From the NCBI GenBank assembly GCA_963841855.1, contig CAWJEJ010000001.1, positions 1,042,789 through 1,106,788 of the forward strand: a stretch of DNA of 64,000 nt. The letters are read 5' to 3'. This document shows, one piece after another, positions 18,565 to 28,296 of this stretch. Made by a program: the position numbers and the translations under genes. This DNA comes from Rhodothermales bacterium. GTDB taxonomy: Bacteria > Bacteroidota > Rhodothermia > Rhodothermales > BA12. Position 1 is the first letter of the stretch. Every line of letters begins with the position of its first letter. The notes under the pieces are model-generated. The model did no database searches, was not told the DNA's origin, and was given only the letters and a program-made list of their open reading frames with translations.

Positions 18565-20982
18565 ATGATCGCTCACGACCTGAAACTCACCCTCCGTAGT
18601 CTGGCCCGTCGCAAGGGCTATGCGGCGCTTCACGTGCTTGGGCTGGCGGCTGGGCTGGCGGCGTGCCTCGTCGTGCTGCTCTACGCGGCGCACGAGTTCA
18701 CCTACGACCGCTTCCACCCCGACGCCGGGCAGATCTACTCGGCCCAGCAGGCCGTTCGGTTTGGCGGCATCGCCCACACGATCGAGAGCGCGCCCAATGA
18801 GGCGTTCGACCTCATCTCGCAGGGCGTGGCGGGCGTCGAGTCGGCGATGCGGACGGCGCGCAAAGGCGGAGCGCTCCGCGTGCCGGATGGCGACCCGCTG
18901 TCCATCGACCGCCTGCTCCAGGTCGACCCGGCGTTCTTCGACTTTTTCGGCTTCGGGCTGACGCGCGGAAACTCGGCCCAGGTGCTCGCCGACCCCGGCA
19001 GCATCGTCCTCACCCAGTCGACGGCGCGCAGGCTGTTCGGCGATCTGGACCCGGTCGGCCGAACCGTCGAGTTCTTGGAGCGCGGCTACATGGACAAAGA
19101 GGCGGGTGTGTCGCTGACGGTGAGCGGCGTCTCGGCCGATCCGCCCGGCAACTCGACGCTCCGCTTCGACGCGCTAACGCGGCTCGTGCCTCAACCCTCG
19201 GCGCCGTCCAACCCGTTCTCTGGCACGCCGACGTATCTGCGCCTGGCCGCCAACGCCGACACCGCCGCCGTCCTGTCGACGCTGCGCAGCGTGAGTGCGA
19301 GCGAACCCGGCAGCGGCCCCGAAACCACGCTGGGCATGGTTCGCCTCGTCGACGCCCATCTCGCTCCCGAGCCTACTCCCGAGTTCCTCCCAGACGCCCC
19401 GTCGCCGCTGCGCTACGTCTACCTGTTCGGCACGATCGCGCTCGTACTGCTGGTGATCGCGGTCATCAACTACGTCAACCTGTCGACGGCCTACGCGAGT
19501 CAGCGCCGGGCCGAAGTCGGCGTGCGCAAGACGCTGGGCGCGTCGCGGTCCGAGTTGGGGCGGCTGTTCTGGCTCGAAGCCCTGCTGCTGGCCGCGTGCG
19601 CGGGTGTCATCGCGCTCGGCCTGTCGGTCGGAGCGCCGTGGCTCTTCCGGTCGTTCTTCGGCTTCGAACTGGGCGTGACACCGTTCTCTCACCCGGCGAT
19701 TGCGCTGGGCCTGCTGGGCGTCGCGCTGCTGACCGGAGTCTTGGCGGGCGCCTATCCCGCCGTCTACCTCGCACGCCAACGGCCCGTCGTGGCGCTCAAA
19801 GGCGAGCGCACGCGCGGCGGCGGACTCCGGCTGCGGCAGAGCCTGGTCGTCGTGCAGTTTGCCCTCGCCGTAGCGATGCTGTCGGCGACGTGGATCGTGG
19901 GCGATCAGCTCCAGCTCGGCCGCGACCTGCTGATGGGCAGCGGCAGCCAGACCATGGTCCTTAACGTGGGATCGGAGTCGGCCGCCGACATCACCCGACT
20001 GGCCGACCAGATGCGGCAGGCCGACGGCGTCGAGCAAGTCGTCCGGTCCAGTACGGCGCCGGGCGCGTTTGGCTTCTCGTCGGCGACGACGATCAGCCAG
20101 TGGAACGGCGGAGAACCGGCCGAAGGCGAGGCGTCGATCATGCTGCAGACCATCTCGGCGGACGCGGGCTACGCGTCGTTCTACGGCATCGACCTAGTCG
20201 CAGGCCGTGCGCCGCGCGAGGGCGAGGCGAGCGTCGCCGTCGTGACCGAAACCACTCTGCGCGACTTCCAACTCGGCGAGGACGCCCAAGCCGTACTCGG
20301 ACGCACCGTCCACCTGTTCGGGCGGCCGCACGAAGTGATCGGAGTGGCGAGCGACTTCTACCTGCGCTCCATCGAAAGCAGCCCCGGCGCGACCGTGCTG
20401 ATGCCCTTCCCCGCCGACGCGATGGAAGCGCGGTCGCTCTACGCCCCAACCGCCATATCCGCCAGGATCGCAACGGGACGCGCATCGGAAGCGATCGACG
20501 CGGTTCAGTCGGCGTGGCGTGAGGTCTTGCCGGACGCACCATTCGCCTACAAGTGGCTCGACGACGTGTTCGCTCAGTCGTACGAAGCCGAGCGCCGCAC
20601 TCAAGCCGTCTTCGGATTCGCGGCTGCTCTGGCGCTCGCGCTCGCGTGCATGGGCCTATTCGGACTGGCCGCGTTTGCGGCGATGCAGCGGCGCAAAGAA
20701 ATCGGCGTGCGCAAAGTGCTGGGCGCGGGCGTGGCGCGGCTCGTCGGCCTGATGACGCGCGATTTTGCCCTGCTCGTGCTGGTCGGCTTCGCGCTCGCCG
20801 TGCCCGCCGCGTACGTGCTGATGGGCCGCTGGCTCGAAGGCTTCGCCGAACGCGCGCCTCTGCGTCCAGGCGTCTTTCTCGCATCGGGCGTGCTCGTCCT
20901 GGTCATCGCGCTGGCGACGGTCGGCTACCACGCGCTCCGGGCAGCGACGGTCAACCCCGCCGACGTGCTGCGCGACGAATGA
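18565..20982 (+). CDS. duplicated MacB/FtsX-type ABC permease P7
   Basis: Internal ATG of ORF 18163-20982 (MIAHDLKLTLRSLARRKGYAALHVLGLAAGLAACLVV). Modules INYVNLSTAYASQRRAEVGVRKTLGA and MGLFGLAAFAAMQRRKEIGVRKVLGA. Ends VLRDE. Confidence 0.85.
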   Translation: MIAHDLKLTLRSLARRKGYAALHVLGLAAGLAACLVVLLYAAHEFTYDRFHPDAGQIYSAQQAVRFGGIAHTIESAPNEAFDLISQGVAGVESAMRTARKGGALRVPDGDPLSIDRLLQVDPAFFDFFGFGLTRGNSAQVLADPGSIVLTQSTARRLFGDLDPVGRTVEFLERGYMDKEAGVSLTVSGVSADPPGNSTLRFDALTRLVPQPSAPSNPFSGTPTYLRLAANADTAAVLSTLRSVSASEPGSGPETTLGMVRLVDAHLAPEPTPEFLPDAPSPLRYVYLFGTIALVLLVIAVINYVNLSTAYASQRRAEVGVRKTLGASRSELGRLFWLEALLLAACAGVIALGLSVGAPWLFRSFFGFELGVTPFSHPAIALGLLGVALLTGVLAGAYPAVYLARQRPVVALKGERTRGGGLRLRQSLVVVQFALAVAMLSATWIVGDQLQLGRDLLMGSGSQTMVLNVGSESAADITRLADQMRQADGVEQVVRSSTAPGAFGFSSATTISQWNGGEPAEGEASIMLQTISADAGYASFYGIDLVAGRAPREGEASVAVVTETTLRDFQLGEDAQAVLGRTVHLFGRPHEVIGVASDFYLRSIESSPGATVLMPFPADAMEARSLYAPTAISARIATGRASEAIDAVQSAWREVLPDAPFAYKWLDDVFAQSYEAERRTQAVFGFAAALALALACMGLFGLAAFAAMQRRKEIGVRKVLGAGVARLVGLMTRDFALLVLVGFALAVPAAYVLMGRWLEGFAERAPLRPGVFLASGVLVLVIALATVGYHALRAATVNPADVLRDE

Positions 20983-21010
20983 TCTGCGCTCGACATCACG
21001 ACGCACTCTC

Positions 21011-21040
21011 TAGGCGACTCGGCGAGTCGCCCCTACACAC
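21011..21040 (+). repeat. REP-like element, B type
   Basis: taggcgactcggcgagtcgcccctacacac. The CTAC ends 7 nt before ATG 21044. Confidence 0.75.
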
Positions 21041-21043
21041 TTT

Positions 21044-23440
21044 TTGGATATGATCCGCTACGACCTGCTCCTCGCCTTTCGCTCGCTGCGGCGGCGCCCT
21101 GGATTCACAGCGCTGAACGCCATCGGCCTGAGCATCGGTCTGGCGTGTGCTCTGATCGCGTTTGCTCTCGTGCAGCACGAACTGCGTTTCGATGCGCACC
21201 ACGCGCAGGCCGAACGGACATACCGCGTCGGGGCGCTGTGGCCGAACTGGAACGAGCAGGGCCCCTCGTATCAGGAGCAGACGCCGACGGCTCTGGTACC
21301 CATACTGCGAGATGGCCTGCCCGGTGTCGGGCGCGTCGTTGAGCTTCGGGTGGGCTATGGCGAGCGATCCGTCCAGGTGGGCGAGACGTTTTTCAGTCAG
21401 GGCGGAAGGGCCTTCGTCGATCCGGATTTCTTCGACGTGTTCGACTACGCTGCTCTGTCGGGGAGCGTCGACCGACTCACGCTTCCCAACACCGTCGCCC
21501 TGACCCAAACGAACGCGCAGCGCCTGTTCGGAGACGCGGAAGCTGTCGGCCAGTCGCTCCGCTACGGCCCTGATCGGTCGTTCGAAGTGGTGGCGGTCTT
21601 GGCCGATCCACCCGCTCAGACGCACCTGCCGTTCTCGTTCTTTGTCTCACTGGCGACGCTCTCGCCTTCCTACGACGAGTGGGGGTTCTCCGACGGCCAC
21701 TCGTCATACGTCGTACTCGAACCGGGCGCGTCTGCGGCAGCCGTCGAGCGGCAACTGGGTGTCATCCAGAAGACGCACCAGACTCCCGAGGAGCAGGCCA
21801 GCCAGCAGTTCGTGCTGCAGCCGCTGCGCTCGATCCACACCGACGCGCGCTACGGCGCCTATCCGGGCGGCTACGTGATGAACCCCCAGTATCTGTGGGG
21901 TTTGGGGCTGATCGGCGTGCTGATCCTGCTGTCGGCGGCCGTCAACTATGTCAACCTCGCGACGGCGCAGGGAGCGGCTCGCGCGAGGGAAATCGGCGTC
22001 CGCAAAGCCATCGGAAGCACGCGCGGTCAGCTGGCGATGCGGCTGCTGGCCGAGGCCGTCCTACTATCGGCGGGCGCTGCTGCTCTGGGCTGGGCCGCTG
22101 CGTTGGCGCTGCTTCCCCTCGTGGCCGACCTCTTCAAGATCGACGTCACGCGGGCGATCCTGCTGAGCCCCCAGGGGCTGTCGTTTGTGGCGGGTGTCAC
22201 GTTCGTCGTCGCCGGACTCGCAGGGTTCTATCCTTCCATCGTGCTCTCGCGCTACGAACCGGCGACCGTTCTGCGGCGGCTGGGATCGTCGGGCCAGGTC
22301 GGCGCGCGCGGATTGCGGCGCGGGCTCGTCGTCTTCCAGTTTGCGGCGGCGCTGGCGTTGCTGCTCGGGGCGCTGGCGGTGTTGCAGCAGATGCGCTACG
22401 TCGAGCACAAAGATCTGGGTTTCGAGAGTCAGGCCCGAGTCGTCGTTCCCACACCGGACGACGAAGCGGGTCGCGCTCGCTTTCGCGAGGCTCTCGAGCG
22501 GGCTCCGGCCGTGCAGTCGGTCACGTACGCGATGGGCGGGCCGACCAAGCCCGGCCGCCTAAGCCACCGGTACGTGTGGGGCGACGACCTGAGCGGCTCA
22601 GGCGAGTCGCTGCTCACCGTCCCCATCGACGCGGAGTATACCGAAACGTTCGGAATCAACCTCCTAGCTGGACGCACCCTCCGACCCGAGGACGAAATCC
22701 TCCCCCACAGCCGAGCGATCCTCGTCAACCAATCGATGGTCCAGCGGATGGGATTTGGCAGCGCCGACGAAGCGATCGGCGCGACGCTGTACACCCACGA
22801 CGAGCAGACTCCGCTCGAAGTCGTCGGGGTGACCGAAGATTTCCACCACGCGTCGCTGCGCAGTCAGATCGCTCCGGCCGTCCTGCTCTACTGGCCGCGC
22901 TGGACGCACCAGGCCGGTGTCGCACTTGCGCCAGACGATGTAGCGGCTGGACTGGCTCAAACCCAGGACGCTTTCGCCCAGGTCTTTCCCGAAGCGCACT
23001 TCCGCTACACGTTCGTCGACGACTACCTGGGCACGCTCTACGAACCCGAGCGCATGATAGCGAGCGCTTTTCAGATGTTCACGCTGCTTGCGCTGTTGGT
23101 CGCCTGTCTGGGCTTGTTCGGACTCGCGGCGCTCACGGCGGCGCAGCGATCCAAGGAGGTCGGCGTTCGGAAAGCACTCGGTGCGAGCGTAGCCTCTATC
23201 GTAGCGTTGCTGTCGCGCGAGGTCGTCGGGCTAGCCGCAATCGCATCCGTCGTGAGCATCGTGCCGGTCCTGCTCCTCGTGAACCGCTGGCTCGACGGCT
23301 TCGCCTATCACGTCTCGCCCGGCGTCGGAACGGGATTGGCGGCGCTGACTCTAGTGCTGATCGTCGCGCTGGCGACCGTGGGATGGCACGCGCTGAGCGC
23401 CGCTCGCGTCAGTCCCGTCGATGTGCTACGCGGCGAATGA
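21044..23440 (+). CDS. duplicated MacB/FtsX-type ABC permease P8
   Basis: Intact 798-aa ORF starting MDMIRYDLLLAFRSLRRRPGFTALN. Modules VNYVNLATAQGAARAREIGVRKAIGS and LGLFGLAALTAAQRSKEVGVRKALGA. Confidence 0.85.
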   Translation: MDMIRYDLLLAFRSLRRRPGFTALNAIGLSIGLACALIAFALVQHELRFDAHHAQAERTYRVGALWPNWNEQGPSYQEQTPTALVPILRDGLPGVGRVVELRVGYGERSVQVGETFFSQGGRAFVDPDFFDVFDYAALSGSVDRLTLPNTVALTQTNAQRLFGDAEAVGQSLRYGPDRSFEVVAVLADPPAQTHLPFSFFVSLATLSPSYDEWGFSDGHSSYVVLEPGASAAAVERQLGVIQKTHQTPEEQASQQFVLQPLRSIHTDARYGAYPGGYVMNPQYLWGLGLIGVLILLSAAVNYVNLATAQGAARAREIGVRKAIGSTRGQLAMRLLAEAVLLSAGAAALGWAAALALLPLVADLFKIDVTRAILLSPQGLSFVAGVTFVVAGLAGFYPSIVLSRYEPATVLRRLGSSGQVGARGLRRGLVVFQFAAALALLLGALAVLQQMRYVEHKDLGFESQARVVVPTPDDEAGRARFREALERAPAVQSVTYAMGGPTKPGRLSHRYVWGDDLSGSGESLLTVPIDAEYTETFGINLLAGRTLRPEDEILPHSRAILVNQSMVQRMGFGSADEAIGATLYTHDEQTPLEVVGVTEDFHHASLRSQIAPAVLLYWPRWTHQAGVALAPDDVAAGLAQTQDAFAQVFPEAHFRYTFVDDYLGTLYEPERMIASAFQMFTLLALLVACLGLFGLAALTAAQRSKEVGVRKALGASVASIVALLSREVVGLAAIASVVSIVPVLLLVNRWLDGFAYHVSPGVGTGLAALTLVLIVALATVGWHALSAARVSPVDVLRGE

Positions 23441-23458
23441 CGCGCTGCTTTCTCACTC

Positions 23459-23486
23459 CTCCGACGCAGCGTGCTGCGCCGCTACA
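23459..23486 (+). repeat. REP-like element, A type
   Basis: ctccgacgcagcgtgctgcgccgctaca has 2 mismatches to the 2439 and 3339 copies. The CTAC ends 12 nt before ATG 23498. Confidence 0.75.
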
Positions 23487-23497
23487 CACGCTCTCTG

Positions 23498-25879
23498 ATG
23501 ATCCGCTACGACCTGCTCCTCGCTCTGCGCTCGCTGCGACGCAACCGGGGCTACGCGCTCCTCAACAGCGTCGGGCTGACGCTCGGGCTGGCCGTCGCCA
23601 TCCTGGTGCTGGCGTATCTGGGCTACGAACGCGCGTTCGATCAGCATCTGCCCCACGCCGACCGGACGTACCGGATGGAGTCGAACTATAGGGCGAGTTG
23701 GTACTCGACGATCGGCTTTGGGGGCTACTTCAACGAACCGATCGAAGGTCAGGTGCGGCTCGCGACAGAACTCGAAGCCGAACCGACCATCGAGGTCGCA
23801 TCACTCGTCTATCTGGACGCCAACACACAGTACGTAGAGGCAGCGAACGAGCGCTTTGACGAAGACCGCATCCTGTTCACCGTCACCGGCGACGCGACGA
23901 CCGACATCTTTGGCCTGGACTTCATCGCAGGCGATCCAGCGACAGCGCTCGACCGACAAATGTCTGCTGTTCTGACCGAGGAGACGGCGCTGCGCTACTT
24001 CGGAACGACCGATGCCGTCGGCCAGACGATTGCGCGCGATACGCTGACGTACCAAGTGACCGGCGTCATCGCCGCACCTCCGGCGACGCAGCACATCCGC
24101 TACGACCTGATCGTGCACGAGCGGATTCCCAACTTCGGCGCCTACACGTACGTCCGGTTGGTACCTGGAGCCGACGTAGCCGCTGCCGAATCTGCTGCCA
24201 CACGCGCCGTGTACCGAGTCCGCCCCGCTCGGGCCGAAGATCCGCTGCACAAAGGCGAGCGACTGACTCGGGTCACCGATTTGCGCCTGGCCGATCCGAC
24301 GCTCTACGACGCCGAGCCGCCCGCCGACGCGCGCTACCTCTACCTGTTCGGCATCGCCGCGATCTTGCTGCTCGCCATCGCCGCGTCGAATTATGCCAAC
24401 CTATCCGTCGCGCTCTACCAGCGCCGGAGCCGCGATATCGGCGTACGCAAGGCGATGGGTGCCGGACGAGGACGGCTGATCGCGTCGTTCTTCGGCGAGT
24501 CGGTCTTGCTGTCGGCGCTTTGCCTGATTCCGGCGTACCTGATCGCGTGGATCACGCTTGGGCTGCTCAACTCGGCGATGGGCGTCGAGATCGCCGCTAT
24601 GTCGCTGGTCTCGCCGCCGTTCGTGCTGCTCATCGTGGTATTGGCGCTCGTCACCGGGCTGATCGCGGGGGCGTATCCGGCACTCGTTCTGTCGCGCGCG
24701 GCAGCCGTCGACCTCTTCGGCGGACGCTCGTCGGCAGGACAGGGCAGCGCGTGGATGCGGCGAGCGCTCGTCGGCGCGCAGTTCGCGCTCCTCGTCGGAC
24801 TGGCGAGCGGCGCGTGGGTGGTGCAGCGGCAAGTCGCGTTCATCGGCGACAAAGACCTGGGCTTCCAGACCAGCGGCGTCGTCCACCTGCAAGGCCTGGG
24901 CGACATCGACGCGTTCAACCGCTTCAAAGCCGAACTGTCCGACATCCCGGCCGTCCGCGCGCTGGGGACGGGTCCGCTCCCCGGCCCCGGCTTCAACCGC
25001 ACGACCTACCGCGCGCTAGGCAGCGACGTGGTCTACGACGACGCCAACCTGGTCACGACGGACCTTGCCTACTTCGACGTGATGCAGATTCCCGCCGGCG
25101 ACGCACTGGGCGCGTTCGACGGCGGGCCGGACCGCCTGTTCTTCGCCAACCGCGCCGCCGCCGACCGCCTCGGCCTGCCCGAGCGAGGCGGCCAGGTCGT
25201 GATGGAGCCCGAATACATGGCCAGCGAAGGCACGCCCGACGCCGCCGATGCCGTCGCCGCCATCCTCCCCGACTGGCACCTGTTCTCGCTGCGTGAAGAA
25301 GTCCGCCCCTTGTTCGTGTCGGTCCAGCGCGAGCCGACGTGGATTTGGAACGCCATCGCCCGCGTCGACACGCGTGACCTGCCTGCGACGATGGAAGCCC
25401 TGGAAGCCGCCTGGAACCGCGCCGTCCCCACGCTGCCGTTCGCGCCCCGCTGGGTCGACGAGGACCTGGCGAGCCTGTACGAGCAGGAGCAGCGCGCGGC
25501 CAGTTTCAGCACGGTTCTTTCGATCCTCGCCGTCGTCCTGACGTTGCTAGGCTTGATCGGCGTCGTGGCGTACGCGGCAGCGCGGAGGCGTAAGGAAATC
25601 GGCGTGCGCAAAGTGCTGGGCGCGCATCCGGCGCAGTTGGTGGCGCTGCTGACGCGCGAACTGGTCGCCATCGTCGGCGTCGCGTTCGTGGTCGGAGCGC
25701 CCGTCGCCTATTGGCTGACGAACACGTGGCTCGGTGGATTCGCCTACCGCGTCGCGCTGGGGCCGCTGACGTTCGTCGCCATCGGCCTGCTGCTGCTCGT
25801 GATCGCGCTGGGCGTGACAGCGGCCCAAACGTGGCGAGCCGCCAGCGTCAACCCCGCGACGGTCTTGCGCGACGAGTAA
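23498..25879 (+). CDS. duplicated MacB/FtsX-type ABC permease P9
   Basis: The ATG at 23498 (MIRYDLLLALRSLRRNRGYALLN) is preferred over the track's GTG 23471, which lies inside the REP palindrome. Modules SNYANLSVALYQRRSRDIGVRKAMGA and LGLIGVVAYAAARRRKEIGVRKVLGA. Ends VLRDE. Confidence 0.85.
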   Translation: MIRYDLLLALRSLRRNRGYALLNSVGLTLGLAVAILVLAYLGYERAFDQHLPHADRTYRMESNYRASWYSTIGFGGYFNEPIEGQVRLATELEAEPTIEVASLVYLDANTQYVEAANERFDEDRILFTVTGDATTDIFGLDFIAGDPATALDRQMSAVLTEETALRYFGTTDAVGQTIARDTLTYQVTGVIAAPPATQHIRYDLIVHERIPNFGAYTYVRLVPGADVAAAESAATRAVYRVRPARAEDPLHKGERLTRVTDLRLADPTLYDAEPPADARYLYLFGIAAILLLAIAASNYANLSVALYQRRSRDIGVRKAMGAGRGRLIASFFGESVLLSALCLIPAYLIAWITLGLLNSAMGVEIAAMSLVSPPFVLLIVVLALVTGLIAGAYPALVLSRAAAVDLFGGRSSAGQGSAWMRRALVGAQFALLVGLASGAWVVQRQVAFIGDKDLGFQTSGVVHLQGLGDIDAFNRFKAELSDIPAVRALGTGPLPGPGFNRTTYRALGSDVVYDDANLVTTDLAYFDVMQIPAGDALGAFDGGPDRLFFANRAAADRLGLPERGGQVVMEPEYMASEGTPDAADAVAAILPDWHLFSLREEVRPLFVSVQREPTWIWNAIARVDTRDLPATMEALEAAWNRAVPTLPFAPRWVDEDLASLYEQEQRAASFSTVLSILAVVLTLLGLIGVVAYAAARRRKEIGVRKVLGAHPAQLVALLTRELVAIVGVAFVVGAPVAYWLTNTWLGGFAYRVALGPLTFVAIGLLLLVIALGVTAAQTWRAASVNPATVLRDE

Positions 25880-25937
25880 AACTGTGTACCATGTGGGCGG
25901 TCCGCAGAGTAACGTTCAGTAACACTCATACACGGTT

Positions 25938-28283
25938 ATGCTGGTCTCCGACTTTCGTACTGCGTTTCGCAGCCTCTCTCGTCGCCGAGGCTACTCGGCA
26001 CTGCACCTCACCGGGCTGGGCGTCGGGCTGGCGTGCTGCCTGCTGATCGGCCTGTTCGTGCGCGACGAACTGCGCTACGACCGCTTCCACTCGGACGGCG
26101 ACCGCATCGTCCGGCTGATGGCAAAGGGCACGTTCAACAATGGATTCGACTTCTCGCTGGGCGGACTGCCGTCGGGCGCGGCGATGGATCTGATGCGCTC
26201 GCTGCCCGAGGTCGAGATGACGACGCAGGTGGGCCAGCCGCAATCGCGTACGATTCATCATGACGGCGAGCGGACCGAGGAAGGCGGTTTCCTCTCCGTC
26301 GACGCGCACTTTTTCGACGTGTTCGGCTTCGACCTGATCGCGGGCGACGCGTCGGCGCTCAAGCGAAACGGGGGCGTCTTTCTCACCCAGAGCCTAGCCC
26401 AGCGCTACTTCCCCGGCGTCGACCCGATTGGGCAACTGCTCTACCTGTCGCCCACCAACGGAACCGAAATCGTCGGCATCGTCGCCGATCCACCGGTGCA
26501 TTCGAGTTTGCGATTTCAAGCGCTGCTGACGACCGAACTCGTCGAGCGCTGGTCGGCAGGCGGCAACCCGACGTACGCCCGCCTGCGAGTCCTATCTGAC
26601 ACGGCGACGGTCGTCCCCTACGTCGAAGCTCAACTGGTAGAGCGGCTGGACGGCTTCGTGTCGGCGACCGTCGAGGCGATGCCGCTCACCGAGTTATACC
26701 TCAACGGACAGACGTACGCGTCGGACTATTCGAGCGGGTCGGGCTTGCTACGGGGCAACGCGGCGTACGTGTGGGCATTCGGAGCGGCAGCGCTGCTGAT
26801 TCTGTTTGTCGCAAGCATCACCTACGTCACGCTGGCGACGGCGCAGGCGGCGGAGCGGGCGCGCGAGATCGGCGTGCGCAAAGCCCTGGGCGGATCGCGC
26901 GGGCAACTGGCGCGGCAGTTCGTCATCGAAGCGGCCTTGCTGACGACCGGTGCACTGATCGTCGCCGCAATCCTGGCGCACCTGGCGCTGCCCGGCCTCA
27001 ACGCGCTGACCGACAAATCGCTCATCATCGACTATCTCGGAGATCCGTTCGTGGTGATGCTATTCGTAGGCGTCGGCGTTGGGGTGACTGTTCTGTGCGG
27101 GCTGTATCCGGCGATCTACCTGTCGGCGTTCAGCCCGATAGAGGCGCTGAGCAGTCGGAGTATGGGCGTAGGGCGCGGCGCGTGGATACGTCGGGTTCTG
27201 GTGACGACGCAGTTTGCCGTTTCGGTCGGGCTGCTGCTGTGCGCCGTCACGATGAGCCGCCAACTCGACTTCCTGGCAGACAAAGAACTGGGCTTTGCGG
27301 GCGACCAACTCGTCCGGCTCGACCACGTCGCGGCGGACCGGTACGACGGCTACAAAACGGCGCTGCTCGCCCTCCCCGGCGTGCGCGGCGTGACGACGGC
27401 GCCCCAGTTTCCCAATGGGATGAGCGGATGGTACAGGTTCGATATGGACGAACCGGGCGCTCCTGCCGACGGCACGTTCGACATCATGAAAACCGACGCC
27501 GACTTCCCCTCGACGTTCGGCACTCCCATCGTCGCCGGACGCTATTTCGAGTCGGGACGCCCAGCGGATTCCACTTCGGTCGTGCTCAGCGCTGCGGGCG
27601 CCCGATCGTTCGGATGGACGCCCGGCGAGGCCGTCGGCAAGACCATCGGTGAGGAGGAGATGCGCGTCATCGGCGTGCTGGCCGACCTGCACGGAGCGGC
27701 ACTCACGTCGGAGTTGCGTCCCTCGTTCTACAGCCTGACCAGCGAGCGCTACCGAACGGTCTATCTGCGCATCGACCCACAACAGGCATCCGCTGTTCTA
27801 GACGATGTCGAAGCATTACACGACGAGTTTCAGCCTGGCGCGTTCGACTACGTCTTCCTAGACGACGCGTTTGCGTCGTATTTCGCCTCGGACCAGCGGC
27901 TGCGGACGCTGATTTCGGTCTTCACCCTGGTCGCCCTCTTGCTGGCCGCGCTGGGCATCGTCGGGCTGGCGACGCACGCCGCCGCTCGCCGGACGCGTGA
28001 GATCGGGATCCGCAAGGTGTTGGGCGCGAGCGAGATTGGGCTGGTGCTGCGTTTGTCTCGTGAGTTCGCGATTCTTTCGGTCGCCGGGTTCGTCGTCGCC
28101 GCGCCGATTGCCGCCTGGGTGATGCGGACGTGGCTCGACGGATTTCCGTACCGCGTCGGCCTGGGAGTGAGTGCGTTCGTGCTCGCCGGAGCCGTCGTTT
28201 GCGCGGGAGCGCTCGGAGTGGCTGCGCTGCGGACGTTCCGAGTCGCACGAGCTAACCCGGTCGATGCGCTGCGACACGAGTAG
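25938..28283 (+). CDS. duplicated MacB/FtsX-type ABC permease P10
   Basis: Intact 781-aa ORF. Modules ITYVTLATAQAAERAREIGVRKALGG and LGIVGLATHAAARRTREIGIRKVLGA. Ends ALRHE. Confidence 0.85.
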   Translation: MLVSDFRTAFRSLSRRRGYSALHLTGLGVGLACCLLIGLFVRDELRYDRFHSDGDRIVRLMAKGTFNNGFDFSLGGLPSGAAMDLMRSLPEVEMTTQVGQPQSRTIHHDGERTEEGGFLSVDAHFFDVFGFDLIAGDASALKRNGGVFLTQSLAQRYFPGVDPIGQLLYLSPTNGTEIVGIVADPPVHSSLRFQALLTTELVERWSAGGNPTYARLRVLSDTATVVPYVEAQLVERLDGFVSATVEAMPLTELYLNGQTYASDYSSGSGLLRGNAAYVWAFGAAALLILFVASITYVTLATAQAAERAREIGVRKALGGSRGQLARQFVIEAALLTTGALIVAAILAHLALPGLNALTDKSLIIDYLGDPFVVMLFVGVGVGVTVLCGLYPAIYLSAFSPIEALSSRSMGVGRGAWIRRVLVTTQFAVSVGLLLCAVTMSRQLDFLADKELGFAGDQLVRLDHVAADRYDGYKTALLALPGVRGVTTAPQFPNGMSGWYRFDMDEPGAPADGTFDIMKTDADFPSTFGTPIVAGRYFESGRPADSTSVVLSAAGARSFGWTPGEAVGKTIGEEEMRVIGVLADLHGAALTSELRPSFYSLTSERYRTVYLRIDPQQASAVLDDVEALHDEFQPGAFDYVFLDDAFASYFASDQRLRTLISVFTLVALLLAALGIVGLATHAAARRTREIGIRKVLGASEIGLVLRLSREFAILSVAGFVVAAPIAAWVMRTWLDGFPYRVGLGVSAFVLAGAVVCAGALGVAALRTFRVARANPVDALRHE

Positions 28284-28296
28284 CCGCGCCGCTGGG

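Noticed and set aside
2439-23486. CRISPR-like reading of the recurring palindromes
   Set aside because: The repeats are about 2.4 kb apart, separated by full-length genes, heterogeneous in sequence, and not in a regular repeat-spacer array. No cas genes are present.
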